This document shows, one piece after another, positions 40,031 to 53,784 of a DNA stretch of 64,000 nt. Position numbers and translations under genes: made by a program. The notes beneath the pieces are model-generated. The model was not told where the DNA came from, made no database searches, and worked only from the letters and a program-made list of their open reading frames with translations. Source of the DNA: the human T2T-CHM13v2.0 reference genome, Homo sapiens; assembly GCF_009914755.1 (NCBI RefSeq), contig NC_060926.1; one strand, 5' to 3'. How positions within the stretch are numbered: position 1 is the first letter of the stretch; each line of letters begins with the position of its first letter.

Positions 40031-41879
40031 TAGATCAGCTGTTAGTATGATATACAAATTGTCAGTTCAGAGTGTTTTCTTCTTCTTCCTTTCCTTTTAT
40101 TTTTATAAAATAATAATTGAGCTTCTAACACTGTTCCATAGTCTTGAAATAACACCAAGAGCTAGATAAAGCATCAGGGATGTTGTATACTGTATCTTGA
40201 CAAATTCTGCTTATTTTTGTATTTTATTTTTCAAATCATTTTTCCCGTGATAGATGAAGACATTCTTTTGCAGGGGAAAAGTATTTTTTACAAATGTAAG
40301 AACAGTCATTTTTGTATAAGTATTTTACAAATAGCAGAATCATATCTGAATAGTCATCCAAAAATTGGAGACATGAATTTAAATAGTGCTCACAGGGTGT
40401 CTTAGATTTGATTATGAAGTTATTCCATGAGTAGGTCATGCCAAGACTATCACAGAATCAATGGACCGGACTTACTAAGTCATCATCCCTTACTAACAGT
40501 ATAGAGTTCTCAAAAGCTTTATTAGGTGCAATTGTAAGTGGCTCAGATAAGAGGCTTCAATCATTTCTTTTTAGAGATGATTCCACAGCTTCAGAAATTT
40601 CATTGGCAAGAAATGATTCCTGATGCCCAGTCGGATGTGTCATTTTTCTCTTAGAACACTTGTAATCAATCCTGCCCTGCACCTCCCACTAACCACCCAG
40701 TATTTGCTCTTTTGTTCTTTTCTTTTTTTTTAGTTTCCACACTCTTTTCAGTCAGTAAATTTTGCCCACATGATCAAATACATAAGAAAAAGAATAGAAA
40801 TTGAACAGGTTTGTATGAAGAAGGATTAGAATGAGTTGAAGTAAACCGTGGAAAGAGAATATTTAGTTTGGCTTAAATCACTGCTATAATCACTTAAACA
40901 TGAACAATAAACTATTTGGAAAATCTCAGGAACTGTTTTATTTCACAGACATATCATTAGGCCACCATAATGTTCCAGGAACCTGCCCCTTTCAACCCAG
41001 GCCCATCCCCAAAGAGACTATTTCTATATTAGCATTCACAATAGATATTTCCAAGATTATTTTATGCTCTAACAAAGACAGAATGACATGGCAAGGGTAT
41101 TGTCCTGAGCCTCTTCTCTTTCTGGGATCAAGGCTTTGAGAAACTGTTGCAAGTCAATAGGGAGTCTCTGTCACAGTCCATAGGGAAAGCTCCTTATGAG
41201 CAAGAAGCCCCACAATGAGACTTTCTTTCAGCCCATAAACAATAGGGTTATGAGTTTCATAAGGTAAGCATCAGGCTGGAAAATTGTTATAATGTGAGTT
41301 CTGATTCCAAATCTATAATTTCCTGGCTTGTTGAGTGACAATGGGCATATAACTTCACTGACGTGCCTTTTCTAAAGTTTAGTTTTGAAATCTGTATTAG
41401 TTACACATTTGATCATAGTAAAACAGATCATTCTAAAGAATAAAATTCTAAAAAAAAACCTAGTTTAAAACCAAAAGGCTAAGTAGAGCCTCTGAAAACA
41501 AAAAAACACACACTATAATTATGAGTTGAAATAAGCCACTCATAACACCTTTAAACAAAAAGAGCTGGTAGAATCTTGAGCTATAAAATATTAAAATGTA
41601 TTGCTCAATGTAAATATTTTAAAGTGTGGACTTCTGTAAAATCAATAAACAGATCAAGATATCAGATTTGTGTCAGAAAAAAATCAGTGTACAAAAATAG
41701 ACAATATGATTCAATGGTTTCCAGAATGAATATACTGAAACATTAAATATTTCTAGATCTCAAATATCTGTCTTTATCCAATGCTAAAATTATTTCCCAA
41801 TTGGTTAAAATGTTAAACTGAAACATCAAATAAAAGCATTTCAGTTAAATATGAAATATATGACTGTATAGTCTTTCTA

Positions 41880-42815
41880 AATTTATAAACAATGAAAGAA
41901 TTCACAAAGGAAAAAACCAATAGATTTTATAACATAAAATTGACTTCCTAAATGTCAAGGAAATTTATTAAAGTTCAAAGGTAAACAAAACTAATGACAA
42001 TTTTACAACTAATATAATAGATAAATAGTGTCATTCTTAATTTATAAAACTCTTGTTAGGCCCAATAAAATGACCACTATGTAATAACAAATTGAAAAAA
42101 AGATGAATAAACAATTCACAAAATCAGAAATATGACTACCCAATACATTCTCATTAGCAATCCAATCAATAAGTTTAAATAGTATAAATATATTTAAATA
42201 TTTAAATAAATTTAAATCAAATATTTTTAATTCAAAAATATATTTTTCTAGAATGGACCTCTTCTAGACTACCAGTAGGTATATTAGTCTTCATAAGCTT
42301 TATAAAAAGGTAGAAATTATTGAAAATATTATTAAGAATTTTAAAATTGTTATCCCAAAATTTTATATCTTTTGTTGCATTAATTCTACTTCCAGAATTT
42401 ATCTTAAAGACATTTTCCGACTCAGGCTAAGATTCATATATGAATATGTTTATTGCAACACTTAGAATAATAAACCAGTGGAATAACAAAATGCCCATTT
42501 ATTGAGTTGAATTCAGGCCCAAGTACAGTGTTCTATAGTGGAATAGCATGAACTCAACCAAAATCATGTAAAAAAAATTTTTCTAAAAGGAAAAAATATG
42601 TAAAATGCAGTTTAATTAGAAAATAACCTCATAAAATTTTACATTTACCAAAATTTGCTTTGGGCTTCAACATTTATATAGGTATAAAGAAAATAACACT
42701 TGAAAGAAATATATCAAAATATTAAGTGATTTTGTCAAGAATGATATTATGTGGTATTCTTTTTCTTCCTTAATTTTCAAATGCCTGTAATTTGAATCCA
42801 AAACTTTTATAATTA
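41880..42815 (+). mobile_element. Old L1ME-like 3' fragment
   Basis: A-rich L1-like text: aattctacttccagaatttatctta...atgtttattgcaacac...aaatgccc. Confidence 0.65.
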
Positions 42816-44379
42816 GAGGACAAGAACATATTTTTGATAGGTTATAAGGAGTCCTGAAACTTACAGTCACATAATATCAAAGTAAACTGAAAATTACATA
42901 AAAACACATAGAATGCTCTTCAATGGTTGTAATTAACAAAGTGTCTTTTCTTCACATAAGTGAATGTTTATTTTTAATTTTTTAGCATCATAATTACTGG
43001 CTAAAGCAAATATAGCTCTGTTTAGCAAGAAAGCAGGAAATTTTAAAGGGCTAGGGATGTGCAATCACTAATTCTCACAGGCTTGGATTCATAGATAATT
43101 CTGATAATTCTGATGAAAAATTCTAAAGTATCTGAGAATAATACAATTGATGGATACCTCCCCAAAGCTAGAGGATGATTAGTTAAGGTTCTTTCTATTA
43201 ATGTATCTATAATCTAATAATTATTTTCTTAGTCTGTAATGGCCTTCCATGCAACACTCTTTCTTTACAATCACTACCTTTCTCTCTCAGAAGGAAAAAG
43301 ATGGAGAAATAAAATGTAATTAGTCCAATCCAAAGGGACAAAGGATGAGAATGGAGTAAGAAAGCCAACACTGGCAGACATGGAGGAAGGACAATTATTT
43401 TGTTCAACCTCAGTTTATTATTTTTCAACCTAAGGAAGAGAGTATAAGCTAAACCACGTGTACAAAGGCAACTCATACCCAAAAGCAGCAACAACTGCTT
43501 CACTTCAGATGATTTAACTGGTCTTTGCAAACGTGTTCAATCTGATTCTTGACCAAGAGAAAAAGAGATTCTTTTTCTCCTACTCCCACACGACATGCTG
43601 CACAAACACCCAGTTCTATGACTTTATTGTTTCCTGCACAGTGACTTTTAAGGCCTGCCTACCTTATTCACAATCTCGTGATTCCACCCCCATCCTCCTC
43701 CCCTTCCTTTGTAGATTCCAATTCCTGATCCATGGGTTCAGGGCCAGTCTTTACTCACTCTGCCAAGGGAAGACACCCCTAGGAATGTCCTTGTGGGGCT
43801 GGTTGTACATCCTCAATATAAGTAAGATGGAAGAACAGAAAAATGATACCATCACTGCAAGTTAGAAGTTTAAAGTGAATCCTATAATAATTTAATTAGG
43901 TTTTTCATAGAGAACTTCTACATAGAGTTTTGTATGCTCATAGCCCTGCACTCAGGCAATCCTATGGGAGAAGTCATGTTTGACTTAGTGGATATTGACC
44001 CTCCTCTCCTATCAACTCTGTTTCTTCCCTGTGGCATTATCTAGTGCCCTTATATCATAAAGTCTATCTATCCTGTAGATAGGTAATCCTGAGAATATGT
44101 TAGCTGATGGATTTAAAATTGAAAATAATAAAGTTAAAATGTTGGAAGATAAGCAGTACTTCTGAAAAAACTCAAACTCACTCTTCGTACTTTTGCTCAA
44201 CCAATCATCAAATGTTTATTTAGGACCTAATATGCTCTTCTTCCTGCCCTGGTTCCCAACAGTAAATTGTCACATATGACTTTCCTGGCTTTGGTAATGT
44301 AGGTTTTCTGCCCACCTCAACACTGGAGAAGTCAGTGTACCGCTGTAGAACATCTCAATAAACGTGTGAGATGAAAGAA

Positions 44380-44466
44380 TAAATATATATATATGTGTTT
44401 GTATATATGCAGGTATATTGTGTATAAATATATGTGTGTATATATATATACACACACACACATATT
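44380..44466. repeat. Mixed (TA)/(TG)/(CA) microsatellite
   Basis: Read directly from the sequence. Confidence 0.85.
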
Positions 44467-44583
44467 TAAATGAGCACAGACCACATGCAAATCATTGATT
44501 AGTTTTTCTCTCACAATTACTTTGTTGAAGATATCGTTACATAGTATGTATAAATTATATTAAAATAAAAACAAGTGGTCTGA

Positions 44584-44956
<373 letters not shown>

Positions 44957-45631
44957 TTAATTCTTTTCCCTTATGGCTCTAGCATCTCTTTAAGAAGCAC
45001 GAAAAGGTGCAGAGACATAAAAAAGTCACTGACACTGAGTGTGTTTCATGAACTAAATTTGAGTCAGATTCAGGGTGACAATCTTAAAGGAAATGGTGGT
45101 TTCTAATTTCTGGTGACCAATGTAGTGTGCCTGATCTGGGCTCGGACCATTGAATGCCTTTTAGAAGAAATGACCATAGGGCAAGGAATAGCCCCCAATA
45201 TACATTCTGATCCTCTTTGAATGCATTGAGGGGAGAAGATGCTCTGGGAATAATTTTCTCTGCATCTAATCTCCCACTTCAAGATAGAGAAAAAGCAGTT
45301 TCTGGGAGTTGCAAATCGTAGGATTTCTATTCAGGCCTGCTACTAACAAGCCACTTAACAAACATCTCAATTCCTGTGGCTTAAGCCTTTTCTTTAGTTA
45401 TAAACTGTGTTTACATCCCCTGAATCTGCCAGGGTCCCCAAATGAAACACATGGCACACACAGAATTTGATATTTCTGAAAAGGTTTCTTTATAGACAGG
45501 CTGTTCGCAAAAGTTCAAGAAACAGGAGGGAGTCCACAGGATCATTGTGGTACTACCCCGGGTTGGTAGTAACTAAAACACTCCTAAGAAAGAGTGTCCT
45601 GTAGTGTCAGCAACCAGCCCTAATGACTTTT

Positions 45632-46048
45632 TATTTTTTTAACTTTACTTTAAATTCTGAGATATATGCTGAATGTGCAGGTTTGTTACATAGGTATACA
45701 TGTGCCATGGAAGTTTGCTGCACCTATCAACCCGTCATCTAGGTTTTAAGCCCCACATGCGTTAGGTATTTGTCTTAATTCCCTCCCTCCCCTTTTCCCC
45801 TAACCCCCAACAGGCCCCGGTGTGTAATGTTCCCCTCCCTGTGTCCATGTGTTCTCACTGCTCAACTCCCACTTATAAATGAGAACATTCAGTATTAGGT
45901 TTTCTGTTCCTGTGTTAGTTTGCTGAGGATGATGGTTTCTAGCTTCATCCATGTCCCTACAAAGGACATGAATTCATACTTTCTTATGGCTGCATAGTAT
46001 TCCAAGGTGTATATGTGCCACATTCTCTTTCAGTCTATCATTGATGGG
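45632..46048 (-). mobile_element. 5'-truncated L1PA (L1PA7-10-like) 3' end
   Basis: gtgcaggtttgttacataggtatacatgtgccatgg...atctaggttttaagcccc...ggctgcatagtattcc. TSD cctaatgactttt/cctaacaactttt. Confidence 0.93.
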
Positions 46049-47191
46049 CCTAACAACTTTTAAATCCCAAGAATTTTCCACTTCAGTAAACTTTCCACAT
46101 AGTAAAATGACCAATGAAAGTATTCCTGATGTCTCATATGTATTTTAGAAGTTAGCTTTCTAACCATTCGGGGTAGATGAATGGAAACTCAGAATTGGAT
46201 GGCACTGCAAACATTCTGGCCAAAATGAAGATCCCAGGTAACTATTTGCCTTTCTTCTCTACCTGAACTATCTATCTCACACTGGGTCCTAGAATATATT
46301 GTATAATACACTTTGTTCCTATTTGTTCTTGCAATTTATTTGATACCCTAGGCAAAATAGCATCAGATTAAAGTTTATTGTTAATGAATAAGTATAAGTT
46401 AATGAACAACATGAACTTCGAAAATTGTGGTAACACCTATTTGGTGTAAATGCAGGGGTCATTCTTATGTAGAATGTCAAAATTAGAGTGCAATCATTAT
46501 TGAGTTTCTTTTGCTCAAGAGGCTTAAAAGTGGGAACAGATACAAGAACATTATGAGTTATTTTCATTTTTTTAAAAAAGGTGGACATTTCTAACAGTAA
46601 TAATTGACTAAAATTGTTTTAAAATGCTTCTAATATATTTCAAACACTGTCAGACTCATTTTAACAGGAAACCTTACAGAACAGCTGAAAATTCACTGGA
46701 GCTCACAAGCTTAATTTGCTTCCATTCTGCTGCTGATAACTACATTTCCAAAATTTCGATGCTTAATTTTATCTGAGATTTTTTGCTTTCAGTTTCAAAA
46801 AAGCTGCAACACCAATTTTTATGTGCAAAGCTTTTCAGAATACTTTGTTCACCAAGTCCTGATGGAAGCATAATATGTAAGGACATCGCCATGGGCTGCC
46901 TAGATAGGGGAACCGAGCAGCTAAATGATCTTTAAGATTTGGTCATCCCTAAAATTGCAGCACACTCCTGACTTTTTTTTCTTCTGCTTGGCCATCTGTC
47001 CAGTGTTTTCAAATTCTTTATGACAGTATAAACAGAATCCCCAAGTAGAGTTAAGATAGGAAAATCAGGACCTTGAGTGACTGACATTCATTCTGTTGAG
47101 ATTATGTGTGATGTATGTAAAACACCACTCACTGGTGGCTTTCCAGCTCTAAGAAAATAAGTAGGTTCCTGTATCTCAGAATCATCTAAAT

Positions 47192-47358
47192 CAGTGCTTC
47201 TCAAACTTTTTACAAGATTGTAAGTCTCCAGGAGGTCTCATGAAACTGCATGATCTGATTCAGTAGGTGTGAGGAAGGCGAGGTCTGAGATTCTGCATTT
47301 CTGACCACCTCCCAGGTGATGCTGAAACTGCCAGCCCAAGGACCAGACTTTGGGCATA
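47192..47358. mobile_element. MER5A hAT MITE
   Basis: cagtgcttctcaaacttt...ctgattcagtaggt...gagattctgcatttctgac...cccaggtgatgctga...gaccagactttg. Confidence 0.85.
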
Positions 47359-49754
47359 ATATATTAACTCTTCTACTCCTACCTTTAGATTAAAATTTAA
47401 AGAGATCTTCGCTTTTCAAACTCGAAGCATTCTCTGTACTTTCTTCCAGCTCCTGATTTCTAAAAATAATATTGGACTGAGCTGGTAGGGGTATTTTGGA
47501 TTCCCAAAAGTTGGATTAAATTAAGGTCAGGAAAACACTTTAAAAATGCAGTTCAGAAAGTCCTAAATTCCAGATCACTTTCCAAACCATCCCATCTGAA
47601 GTTGAAGTAAGCTCTTGTCTGGGACAGTCTCTAATGTTCACCTCGCTTATCTCAATTACTAAATATACCTCCTTTCTATTATCTGCCAAAATGCTGCATT
47701 CCCTCATCTCTCAGTCTCTTCCTTTAGTTATGGATATTCCACAGAGGTGCCCTTTCACATATGCAGACACAATGGGATAATTGTACATTAAGTAGGAAAA
47801 AAGTCTTTATCATTCACAGTAACAGGAAATCCCAGACCCAGGGCAATATGTATGTAATATCTGAATACACAATCAGACTCTTTGAATAGTATTACATTGT
47901 AGGAGCAACAAACACAGCAAAGAGTCCACAAAAGCTGTCTTTTTCAGAGTATTCACAATGCAAATGAGCCATGATGAAGGAGAAAATCTGGTTAAAATAA
48001 CCCACTGACTGGGTATACATATCTCACCTTTTATCTTCAATTCCAATTTTCCAATTTAATGTCTAGCATCTGTTAGAAAATAAAAATATAATGATCGATG
48101 CTGTGGAATTAAATACACAGCTCCCCAAATTTATCAGAGGTTCCCCCCGACCATATTCCCAAAAATCTGGTACATAGATTAAAATGCTTAGTGCCTAGTT
48201 TTGCTTTTAAACCGAGTCTAGAAATACAACTTGGGAAAGATTACTTCTGAAGTCTCTATATTCCTCTAAGAATTATTGAAGTTCTGAAAGTGATCTCTAT
48301 TTTTTGGGTTATTTACTAATGAAAATAGCATTGTAGTGCTTGTAGAAAATACTACCACCACCTACTGGCATATACTGTACATAAAATTGAAAATGTTTCT
48401 AAATCATTTTGAACAGTGCCAAATAAGGGCATAGGGAAAAACATAATTAGAGGCACTTTATTATAACTTTAATTTTAAATTTAGTCAAATAATTTCATTT
48501 GCTTTTTGACAATATAACATTAACTTTTGCCACCTGAATGTGTAAACAGAAGCAAGAGCAAAAATAAGGCATAAGATATTTAGAAAGTAGTAAGGTAGAG
48601 TTATATGCTTGAAATGACAAATGCCCTTGATTTTCACTTGTTGCTGTGTTCATTTTTGCTTTTATTGGAAATTTATTTTTGCAAACTCAGAAGGAAAAGG
48701 GAAGTCTAGATCAATGTGGTAATTGAAAAAGTCATTTATATACCTTGTCATGCAAAATTATATTCAATCAACAAAAATATTTAAAGCAGAATATAAAGAT
48801 ATGTACAAATTCTCTACTATTTCAACAGCTATTTTGATGAAGGAAAACAGTAAGAACAATACATGTATACCAGGTTTTTTGAAATTTTTATTTCACAGTT
48901 AATTCTCATTAGCTTATAGGTTAGTATTAGATTATTTTCTCTTTACAATTTTCCTTGGGAAAGAATTAAATCCTCATGTTATTTCCTCCATGGTTATTTT
49001 GAATTTTATCCTCAGACAACCTAGTCTTTGGTCCCATAAATTTCGTTCCTCTAAAGGAAATACCTCTTGCATAGAATCTATTTTCTTGTTCAATGGTTTA
49101 ATATTTTGCATCAATGAGCTAGGTTCGTGAGAAGGATATGGGATTAAAGGCATGGATTTTCTTCCCAAAACGCCACTGTGACACCCCTATTTGTTAGAAT
49201 TCCAACATGGATAATTTATCACTTTAGTGATAATTATAATGACATCTGTATATATATAGAAAGAAAGATAAATTTAGTGGAACCTAATGATAATAGGTGT
49301 ATACATTGTAATTATACTCAAGAAACTTTTCTGGAGGGTGAACATGTTAAATTTTAAAGAAAGAAAAAAAGTCCTCTAATATTTAATTGCAGTTATATAT
49401 TGAAAGTACATTCAATGCATTATTCAGTGTATTCAAAGTATATTAAATGTATATTACTTTTATTTTATTTCATGGGTATGAAAATATTTGTAGAAGATAA
49501 TGGTAACTTATTCCTCATTATCTTATTTAAATTACAATCAATTCTCTACTAGCTTAGTGATTGTTCAGTGCCCTTTAGAAAAAAAAAATGTTATTGTTCC
49601 CCAAGATATTGTTTTGCATTACATTGATAATTAGGATTTATTGTGAAATACTAAACTACTGGCTTTGTTGAGTTGTTTGACAGCCCAATTTCTTGCTTCT
49701 GTGCCTATTCTCACCTTTTGATATCTGACACTATTTCTCCTGAATTTATTTTAT

Positions 49755-50035
49755 CAAGACATAGTCATTGAATCCCTACAATGTGCTCAGCATCAGATTA
49801 GCACAACTGATTCGGTAGTGGATGTACAAGGCAGACGAGTTCCTTGACTTGTTGGAAATTAAAACAGAGTGATAGAGAAATGCAGTAAACAAGTAAAGTG
49901 CAACAAATGAAAGAGCACATTGGAATAAGTGAGGTAAAGTGTAAGGGAGCAAGTAGGTAAGTATTGTAGCTGTGGCCAGGAAAGACCTCATCAGCAACAT
50001 GATTATTGAGCTAAAAGAAAGGTAGGAGTCCAATA
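49755..50035 (-). mobile_element. L2 3' fragment
   Basis: cattgaatccctacaatgtgctcagca...ggccaggaaagacctc. Confidence 0.5.
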
Positions 50036-50226
50036 ATGCAAAGTTTAATTGTATATGATTGACAACAGTTATCTGTGTAACTCAGTCCAATAGATTAGCT
50101 ATTGAAAAATATTAAAAATATTCCTTTTTTCTAATGCATGCAACAGACTTATGATGAATGTAATATATTTTGAAAATTTATTTTAATAAGAGCTGAGTGA
50201 GTATTATCACCTAAAATTGAAAGACA

Positions 50227-50585
50227 TGTTGTGGGCTGAATTGTGACTCTCCACAATTCAGATGCTAAAGCTTTAACCCCCAGCATTGTATTTGGAGACA
50301 GTGTCTTTAAATAGATAATTAAGGTAAATGAGATCATATGGGTAGGCCTTAGTCCAATATAATTGGTGTCCTTATATGAGGAGATTAGGACACACACACA
50401 GGGAAGGCCATGTGTGGACACTGGAGGCAATGGCCATCTACAAGGTGGAGAGAGGCATTAGAAGAAAGCAACCCTGAGGACACCGTTGATCTTGAACATC
50501 TAGCTCTCATTTGTAAGAACGTAAATTTCTGCGGTTTGAGCCACCCAGTCTGTGGTCCTTTGTTACCATCTAGCAAACGAATGCA
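50227..50585 (+). mobile_element. MaLR solo LTR, MLT1A0/MLT1B-like
   Basis: tgttgtgggctgaattgtg...gtatttggagacag...taaatttctgcggtttgagccacccagtctgtgg...caaacgaatgca. Confidence 0.88.
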
Positions 50586-51076
50586 GGTAAAATTTGCAAA
50601 GCACTGATGATACAATAAAAGTCAAAAGGGCATAATGGTCTGTGTGATAAGAATGAAGTAAAGAAATTCAAAGAGAAAATAATAGGTAATATGGCAAACA
50701 AATTAAGAACAGTGAGTTTTGGTGGAAGTGCAAAGTGAATGGAAAATAATAGGGACACTGAATTTTACTAACCAGATTGGTATTATGTGAGAGAAGATCT
50801 TGATTGTCAAGCAAAGAAAATGCTTTTAAACATTATTCTGAAAGTAAGGAAACCTATTATTTCTCTGCCAAATAAACCAAACACAGGTATCTAGATAGAA
50901 AATAGATAAAAGCAGAGCTATTATGTAAGGAAGGGCACAGAACCTTGCTCCTCTAAATTTATCTTGCCTTGCCACAGCATCTCCAAGGAGCCTCGTGGAT
51001 CTGCATCATATTTTGAACACCACTGGAATAAAGAGTTGAACTTTATTAGTGTTCATGGTGAGGCATTATAGTAATT

Positions 51077-51531
51077 TGTGGTAGGTTCATAGTATGGTCC
51101 CCAATTTCTTGTTCCCATCTTATCCTGGAAAGGGAATATATACTTTCATTCACAATTAGATAATTTGCTATAGCCTGTTAGTATAAGAAGTATAATCCAA
51201 ACACAGCATTGTTAGTTCTGGCCACGTGATATAGTTTGGCCAATGTAACCTGAGCCGAGGTAATATGCACCACATCCGAGCACAATCTTTAAGAGAGATA
51301 GCACCCAGTTCTGCCAGCTCTCCTGTCCTTTTTTGTCTTCCATAAGAATATTATGTCACAAATGGTGGCCAGTCCTTTATCATGTGTCTGACTTAAGAAC
51401 ACACATAGCACACCAAACAACCATCACAGGTGAAGTGAGCAAGTAATACATGTCAATGAAAAGTCAGATATTGGTTAAAATCCACTGTAATTTTTGGACT
51501 GTTTATTACCGCATCAAAGCTGACTAATACA
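51077..51531 (+). mobile_element. Old MaLR LTR (MLT1H/I-like)
   Basis: tgtggtagg...ggccacgtgatatagtttggccaatg...aagctgactaataca. Confidence 0.75.
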
Positions 51532-52074
51532 GTGTTTATTAGGAAAAGTAAATAACTCAAACAAGTCAAAAAAGGGAATATCTTTGCTCCAAACTGTATT
51601 TAGTAGGTTGTAGGTTGGCCTACAATGAGAAAAATATGAAGTTGATTAATAATGAACATTTAGATATAGAAATACATTACACTTATGATAGAGTTGTCTA
51701 TCACTTTCTACTCTCTCCATTTTTTTTCAAGTAACCTTATCTCCACTACCAAAATCTGCTGAGTTGGGTCTGCTCAACCATGGCACCATCGCTTCAAAAA
51801 AGATGGATGGACTTTGAATCTGTGACTTTTAGGGGGTAGATTTAGGCTGGCCAAAAACTTGTAATGTGTGACCCCAGTTCAATTAAATTTCTCTTTTTGG
51901 GAATTTTAACTAAGATACTTAGAGAGATTTTTGTATAATGATTAGCTAAAAAGTCATACTCACTCAATTTTAGAGCAAAGCATTTTGAAGTCTTATGAAT
52001 AATATTATGGTAATAGAGAGTGGACACCAGTTAAGAGAGAACAAGAAATAGAAAACCTGAAAGAAACAATGACT

Positions 52075-52272
52075 TATCCTTGCCATTAGAAGAAGAATTG
52101 TCTTGGGCCATGCATAAAATACACGAACACTAACAATAGCTGATGAGCTAAAATAAAAAAAAATCACAAAAAACTTATAATGTTTTGAGAAAGTTTATGA
52201 ATTTGTGTTTGGCTGCACTCAAAGCCCTCCCAGGCCACATGCGGCCTGTGGGGTGTGAGTTGGACAAACTTA
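52075..52272. mobile_element. MER30 hAT MITE
   Basis: agaagaattgtcttgggcca...acactaacaatagctgatgagctaa...ccacatgcggcctgtggg...gttggacaaac. Confidence 0.88.
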
Positions 52273-53409
52273 ACCCTAGTGGCTATATTGAAAAATAAAA
52301 AATAAAAAAAAAACAGATGGCTTTGGACACTTAGAATCAATGTGTGAAACTGGTTGGTATATGCAGTAATGAAAGGTAAACATTAAAGATTTCTTTGAGG
52401 TTCCATATTTAGGTGGCAATAATACAGGAGAACAATTGGGAAAGAGATGCAGAAGATAATAAGGTAAATTTCTGGACACCCTTAATGTGAGAGGCTGCGA
52501 TATTTGGTTGCAGAGGTCTACCAAGCAGTTATAAAGAAAGGATGTCTATGCCAAAAGAATGAATAAGCAATTGAGCATTCATTTGCCACAGTATGTGAAG
52601 TACTACATTAAATACTTATAGGATCACAAAATTTACTTTTTTGAATGTTTCACATTTGTAGCTTGCATTGTTTGTGCAAAAACTCTAATTCCTTTGCCAG
52701 AATTATGGCTCATTTTTGTGATTTTGTGAGTTTATGAGAAGGGCTAATGAATGATTGAAAAGCACTTTGAACTATATTTAAAATCTAGCCTTTCGAAAGA
52801 TTTTCATTGATTTCTTGTTTAATCCATAGTCTCCAAAATTTGGCATGGCAAAAGGAAAACTTTATGAATTAATTTTCACAATTCTACAGTGTTCAAAACA
52901 GAATAATTGGAAGTTGTCAAAGCTGCAATACAATCATATGAATACCTCTAAAACCAGGTGAAGGAATTAAAGCAAATTTAAGTGAAAGAGTTGGGGAACA
53001 GGAAACTCATGAAACCTCATTCATTTCCTGGAAGTAGACCACAGATATGGCTCTAATGATTTTGGTAGCCAATGCAAAAAAAGAAATGCAATCAGTATTG
53101 ATTAGGTAAAATACAACTTTGTCCCCCAGGCAGAGAAATGTTTTCTCCTGACTCTTAAATAGAGATGACTGTATGATATGGAGTTGATAGCAAAAACAGC
53201 TCCAAGTTTTATAGCAACATTTTAAAGATCCCCTCCAGATAAGTGAATAGTATATCTACAAAAGTAAAATTAGTAGGAAACCAATTTAATATTTTGAAGC
53301 ACATAGCTTTCCAAAGAACAAGCTTAACACCAAAATAAATTTCAGAACATCAAAAAGTATCCTTATATTCAAGATCGTTCTTGACAAGTTCAAGGGTGAT
53401 GCATGCTAG

Positions 53410-53784
<375 letters not shown>

